NCBI GenBank assembly: GCA_977020255.1
Contig: CDROCS010004085.1
Span: 310,001-374,000 of the forward strand
Direction: 5' to 3'
Length of the DNA: 64,000 nucleotides
From: Obrimoposthia wandeli
Taxonomy: Eukaryota
The notes beneath the pieces were generated by a model. That model did no database searches. It was not told the DNA's origin and saw nothing but the letters and a program-made list of their open reading frames with translations. Position numbers and translations under genes: made by a program. Positions 58,398 through 64,000 of this stretch are shown here, in pieces (the first letter of the stretch is position 1; each line of letters begins with the position of its first letter).

Positions 58398-60728
58398 ATG
58401 AAAAAACGGAAGCAGAAACTATCAAGTAGTCGCTTAATCATTATTGCAGCGGTATTGCTTGCTGCATACTTGGTGTTGATTTTGGCTGTCACGAATCTTG
58501 GTCAGACACGGCTAAAAGAGTCTCAGCACCGAGAGCTTAATCTCAAGGTACAAAGCTACACCAGCATGCTGGAGTATTTCTTCTATGTCACTAATGATGA
58601 GATAACAAACCTCGCCAGCGATAAAGAAATGCAGACATTTTTCGCTAATTTGGCATCAGGTATGTCGATGAAATACGGTCTAGGTGCGAGCTTGATGAAT
58701 CTTGATAGAAACCTTATAGCGCTAAAACAGTCGACGACAATAAATCAAAAATCGGTTTATCGACGCTTTATGCTTGTAGGTTATGACGGGACAATCATTT
58801 CAAATACCACGCCACATCAAGATATTTCTTTTGATATAACGCAATACAAAAATATCAAAGATCCAGACATGATGATCCGTACGGTTAAAAAGTCTGGTGT
58901 TATCAGTATTCAATTGATTAAACCCGTTAAATATGGGGGTAAGCCGGTTGCTTTTTTGGTTACTGATATCAATAAGCAAGTTATCATTGACCAGCTTACA
59001 GCACAGGAATACGCAGAAAGTCGAAGTAAAGTGGACTTAGTCGCCAAGAGTGGAAATATTTTCATTTGGGATTCATTAACAATCAACCAACAAGCAGAAG
59101 GGCGAACAAAGCTAGCGAATAGCCTTTATTTTGAAAGGCAGATTAAAAATACGCCGTTTAAGTTAAGAAGTTGGTTTGAGCCAGTAAATGAAAAAGATAT
59201 TTTCACTTCAGGATGGTTTATCGCGGGTCTTTCATTTCTTGCACTCCCTGTCATTTTTGGACTGTTCTACATCTTTAAAATGAATAGCGCTAATATTATT
59301 TTGAGAACTAAATTTGAAGAAAGTAATAAACAGCAAGTTATTTTATCGACTAAAAATAGACGTTTGACTGAAGAAATTGATAAAAGAAAAATATCTGAAG
59401 AAAAATTGGCTTACCAAGCATCGCATGATGCATTAACAGGTTTACCTAATCGAAAGTATGGTAATGAGCGATTAGAACAAGAGTTATTCAGAGCGAAAAT
59501 AAATAAGACTAATGTATTAGTCATGTATGTTGATCTTGATAATTTCAAAAAAATCAATGATACCTTGGGGCATTTAGCGGGTGATCAAATTTTGAAATTA
59601 AGCACTGCAAGGTTACTGGGCTCTGTGCGTCATTCTGATATTCTAGCGCGCTTAGGCGGCGATGAGTTCTTATTAGTTATTCCTGATCTGAAAGATTTGA
59701 AGTCAGCCAAACTATTAGCGACAACGATTGTATCGTTATTTAATAAACCGTTTTTTTGGCAAAAACAGGAGTTTTTTGTATCTACCAGTATTGGCTTGTC
59801 GGTGTTTCCGAAAGATGGCGATAATGCTCAACAGTTACTCGCGAGTGCCGATACTGCTATGTATCGAGTAAAGCAAGATGGCCGAAATGCATTTAGCTTC
59901 TATAGCACAGACATGAATAGGGATGTGCAACGTACATTAGAATTAGATGGACGATTGCGACAAGCGATTGCGAATGACAGTTTGGAACTCTACTATCAGC
60001 CGATTATTGAATTAGAATCTAACCGAATTGTTGGGGCTGAAGCACTTATGCGTTGGAATGACGCAAAGTTTGGTTGTGTTTCACCTGAAGAGTTTATTCC
60101 TCTCGCCGAGAAAAATGGACTAATACACCAGCTTGGTGAATTAGCCATTAATAAAGCCTGTATGCAGGCCGCAGAGTGGCAAAAAATCTCACCTCTACAA
60201 ATATCAATTAACTTTTCGAGCGTTCAGTTTAGGTACTGTGATTTGCTCTTTGAGCAAATATGTAATGGACTAGCCAAGTCAGGTTTACCTGCTGATAGAT
60301 TAGATATTGAAGTAACAGAAAGTTTGTTGATTGATCACAGTGAAGAGGTCGTCACATTACTGAATAAACTGCAATCCATGGGGGCACAACTCACCATTGA
60401 TGATTTCGGTACAGGCTATTCATCGCTGAGCTACCTACATAAATTCCCGTTTAATAAATTAAAAATAGATCGAACGTTTTTGCTAAATATGCATGCGAAT
60501 GATGCTGACCGTGAACTTGTAAATGCGATTATTGCGATGGCGAAAGCGCTTAATTTAAAAGTGGTGGCAGAAGGAATAGAAGAACAATGGAATGCGGATT
60601 ATCTAAGATTCATTAACTGTGAATATGGACAAGGTTATCTATATAGCAAACCTGTACCCGCGAAAGAGTTTGAACGTTTACTGTCGCGCAAGTTGAAACC
60701 GGTGTTGTGTGAGCAATTGAATAGCTGA
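58398..60728 (+). CDS. scrC: Membrane GGDEF-EAL protein, ScrC-like
   Basis: Two TMs around a periplasmic domain; RHSD I-site, GGDEF, EAL, DDFGTGYSSL, AEGIE. Confidence 0.88.
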   Translation: MKKRKQKLSSSRLIIIAAVLLAAYLVLILAVTNLGQTRLKESQHRELNLKVQSYTSMLEYFFYVTNDEITNLASDKEMQTFFANLASGMSMKYGLGASLMNLDRNLIALKQSTTINQKSVYRRFMLVGYDGTIISNTTPHQDISFDITQYKNIKDPDMMIRTVKKSGVISIQLIKPVKYGGKPVAFLVTDINKQVIIDQLTAQEYAESRSKVDLVAKSGNIFIWDSLTINQQAEGRTKLANSLYFERQIKNTPFKLRSWFEPVNEKDIFTSGWFIAGLSFLALPVIFGLFYIFKMNSANIILRTKFEESNKQQVILSTKNRRLTEEIDKRKISEEKLAYQASHDALTGLPNRKYGNERLEQELFRAKINKTNVLVMYVDLDNFKKINDTLGHLAGDQILKLSTARLLGSVRHSDILARLGGDEFLLVIPDLKDLKSAKLLATTIVSLFNKPFFWQKQEFFVSTSIGLSVFPKDGDNAQQLLASADTAMYRVKQDGRNAFSFYSTDMNRDVQRTLELDGRLRQAIANDSLELYYQPIIELESNRIVGAEALMRWNDAKFGCVSPEEFIPLAEKNGLIHQLGELAINKACMQAAEWQKISPLQISINFSSVQFRYCDLLFEQICNGLAKSGLPADRLDIEVTESLLIDHSEEVVTLLNKLQSMGAQLTIDDFGTGYSSLSYLHKFPFNKLKIDRTFLLNMHANDADRELVNAIIAMAKALNLKVVAEGIEEQWNADYLRFINCEYGQGYLYSKPVPAKEFERLLSRKLKPVLCEQLNS

Positions 60729-60855
60729 ATATTTTCACTATTGACTGCTTTTTGAGCGGAGAAGGTTTTTTAATCAAAAAATAGCTGCCTTTTTATTTGT
60801 ATTTTACTGCCTAGTTATATTTACTTTTGTTACATAACTTACACTACGGTTAATT

Positions 60856-60892
60856 ATGTTTTAGTTAACGTTTAAAACGTTAACTAAAACAT
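60856..60892. repeat. 37-bp palindrome (18-bp arms, 1-nt centre)
   Basis: ATGTTTTAGTTAACGTTT-A-AAACGTTAACTAAAACAT. Confidence 0.95.
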
Positions 60893-61266
60893 CTTTCTTT
60901 GCTAGTAATTTAGACTTCTATGCAAAGAGTAGAAAATCTATAGAGACCTTACTGCCATCTTTTATTCTTATTAGTTACGAATAAAGCCATTTTATCAGTG
61001 GCTTACTCCAACTTAACTGTTCATTTAGTGTTGTTTTTATTGCTTGGTTGTAAGTTTTCATCATTTATTATTAGTATGAAAATTCCATTATTCTTTTTAG
61101 GTATATTCTTGTTACATAGGAATATACATGCTTATTTAAGTAAAAAATGAACTGTGATTTTGATCTATTGTGCTTAAATTTTTACTGGTTATGATTCCTC
61201 CCGATTTTACTTTTAATGCCAAACACTTACAGAGCTATAACAAATACAGTATGTAGGTATAGATAA

Positions 61267-64000
<2,734 letters not shown>

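Overview
64 kb of AT-rich gammaproteobacterial chromosomal DNA. Gene content (scrABC, MSHA-type pilin, SgrR-like regulator, HlyD/DUF2955 pair, gnt/edd/eda) suggests Vibrionaceae, possibly Photobacterium (inference). I found no rRNA, tRNA, CRISPR array, integrase or intact IS. Left to right: a TtrS-like sensor kinase (runs off the left edge, absent from the ORF track) coupled to a DMSO-reductase-family operon in dmsB-C-A-D order; DoxX plus a truncated LysR; an MCP; a DEAD-box helicase; an accessory island of Sir2 <- operator -> WYL regulator -> PD-(D/E)XK-like nuclease, followed by a crotonase remnant; an SgrR-like regulator facing an unannotated 59-aa ORF coupled to a VOC gene; AraC and sulfatase; a second MCP; TPR-GGDEF; YbiB-like, ada-alkA and ogt; MBL hydrolase; orphan pilin; dbpA; three tandem paralogous secreted 111-aa repeat proteins opposite a TetR; SDR/HxlR; a gluconate (Entner-Doudoroff) cluster split from gntR by a dha cluster whose DhaM carries a complete Enzyme I; oxidoreductase/LysR; SulP; AraC/HlyD/DUF2955; an scrABC-like operon; and a lipoprotein YgjK-like GH63 running off the right edge. 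Best candidates for undescribed systems: the Sir2-WYL-nuclease locus (11155-13498) and the 3x3 nested-repeat protein array with TetR (31262-33127).
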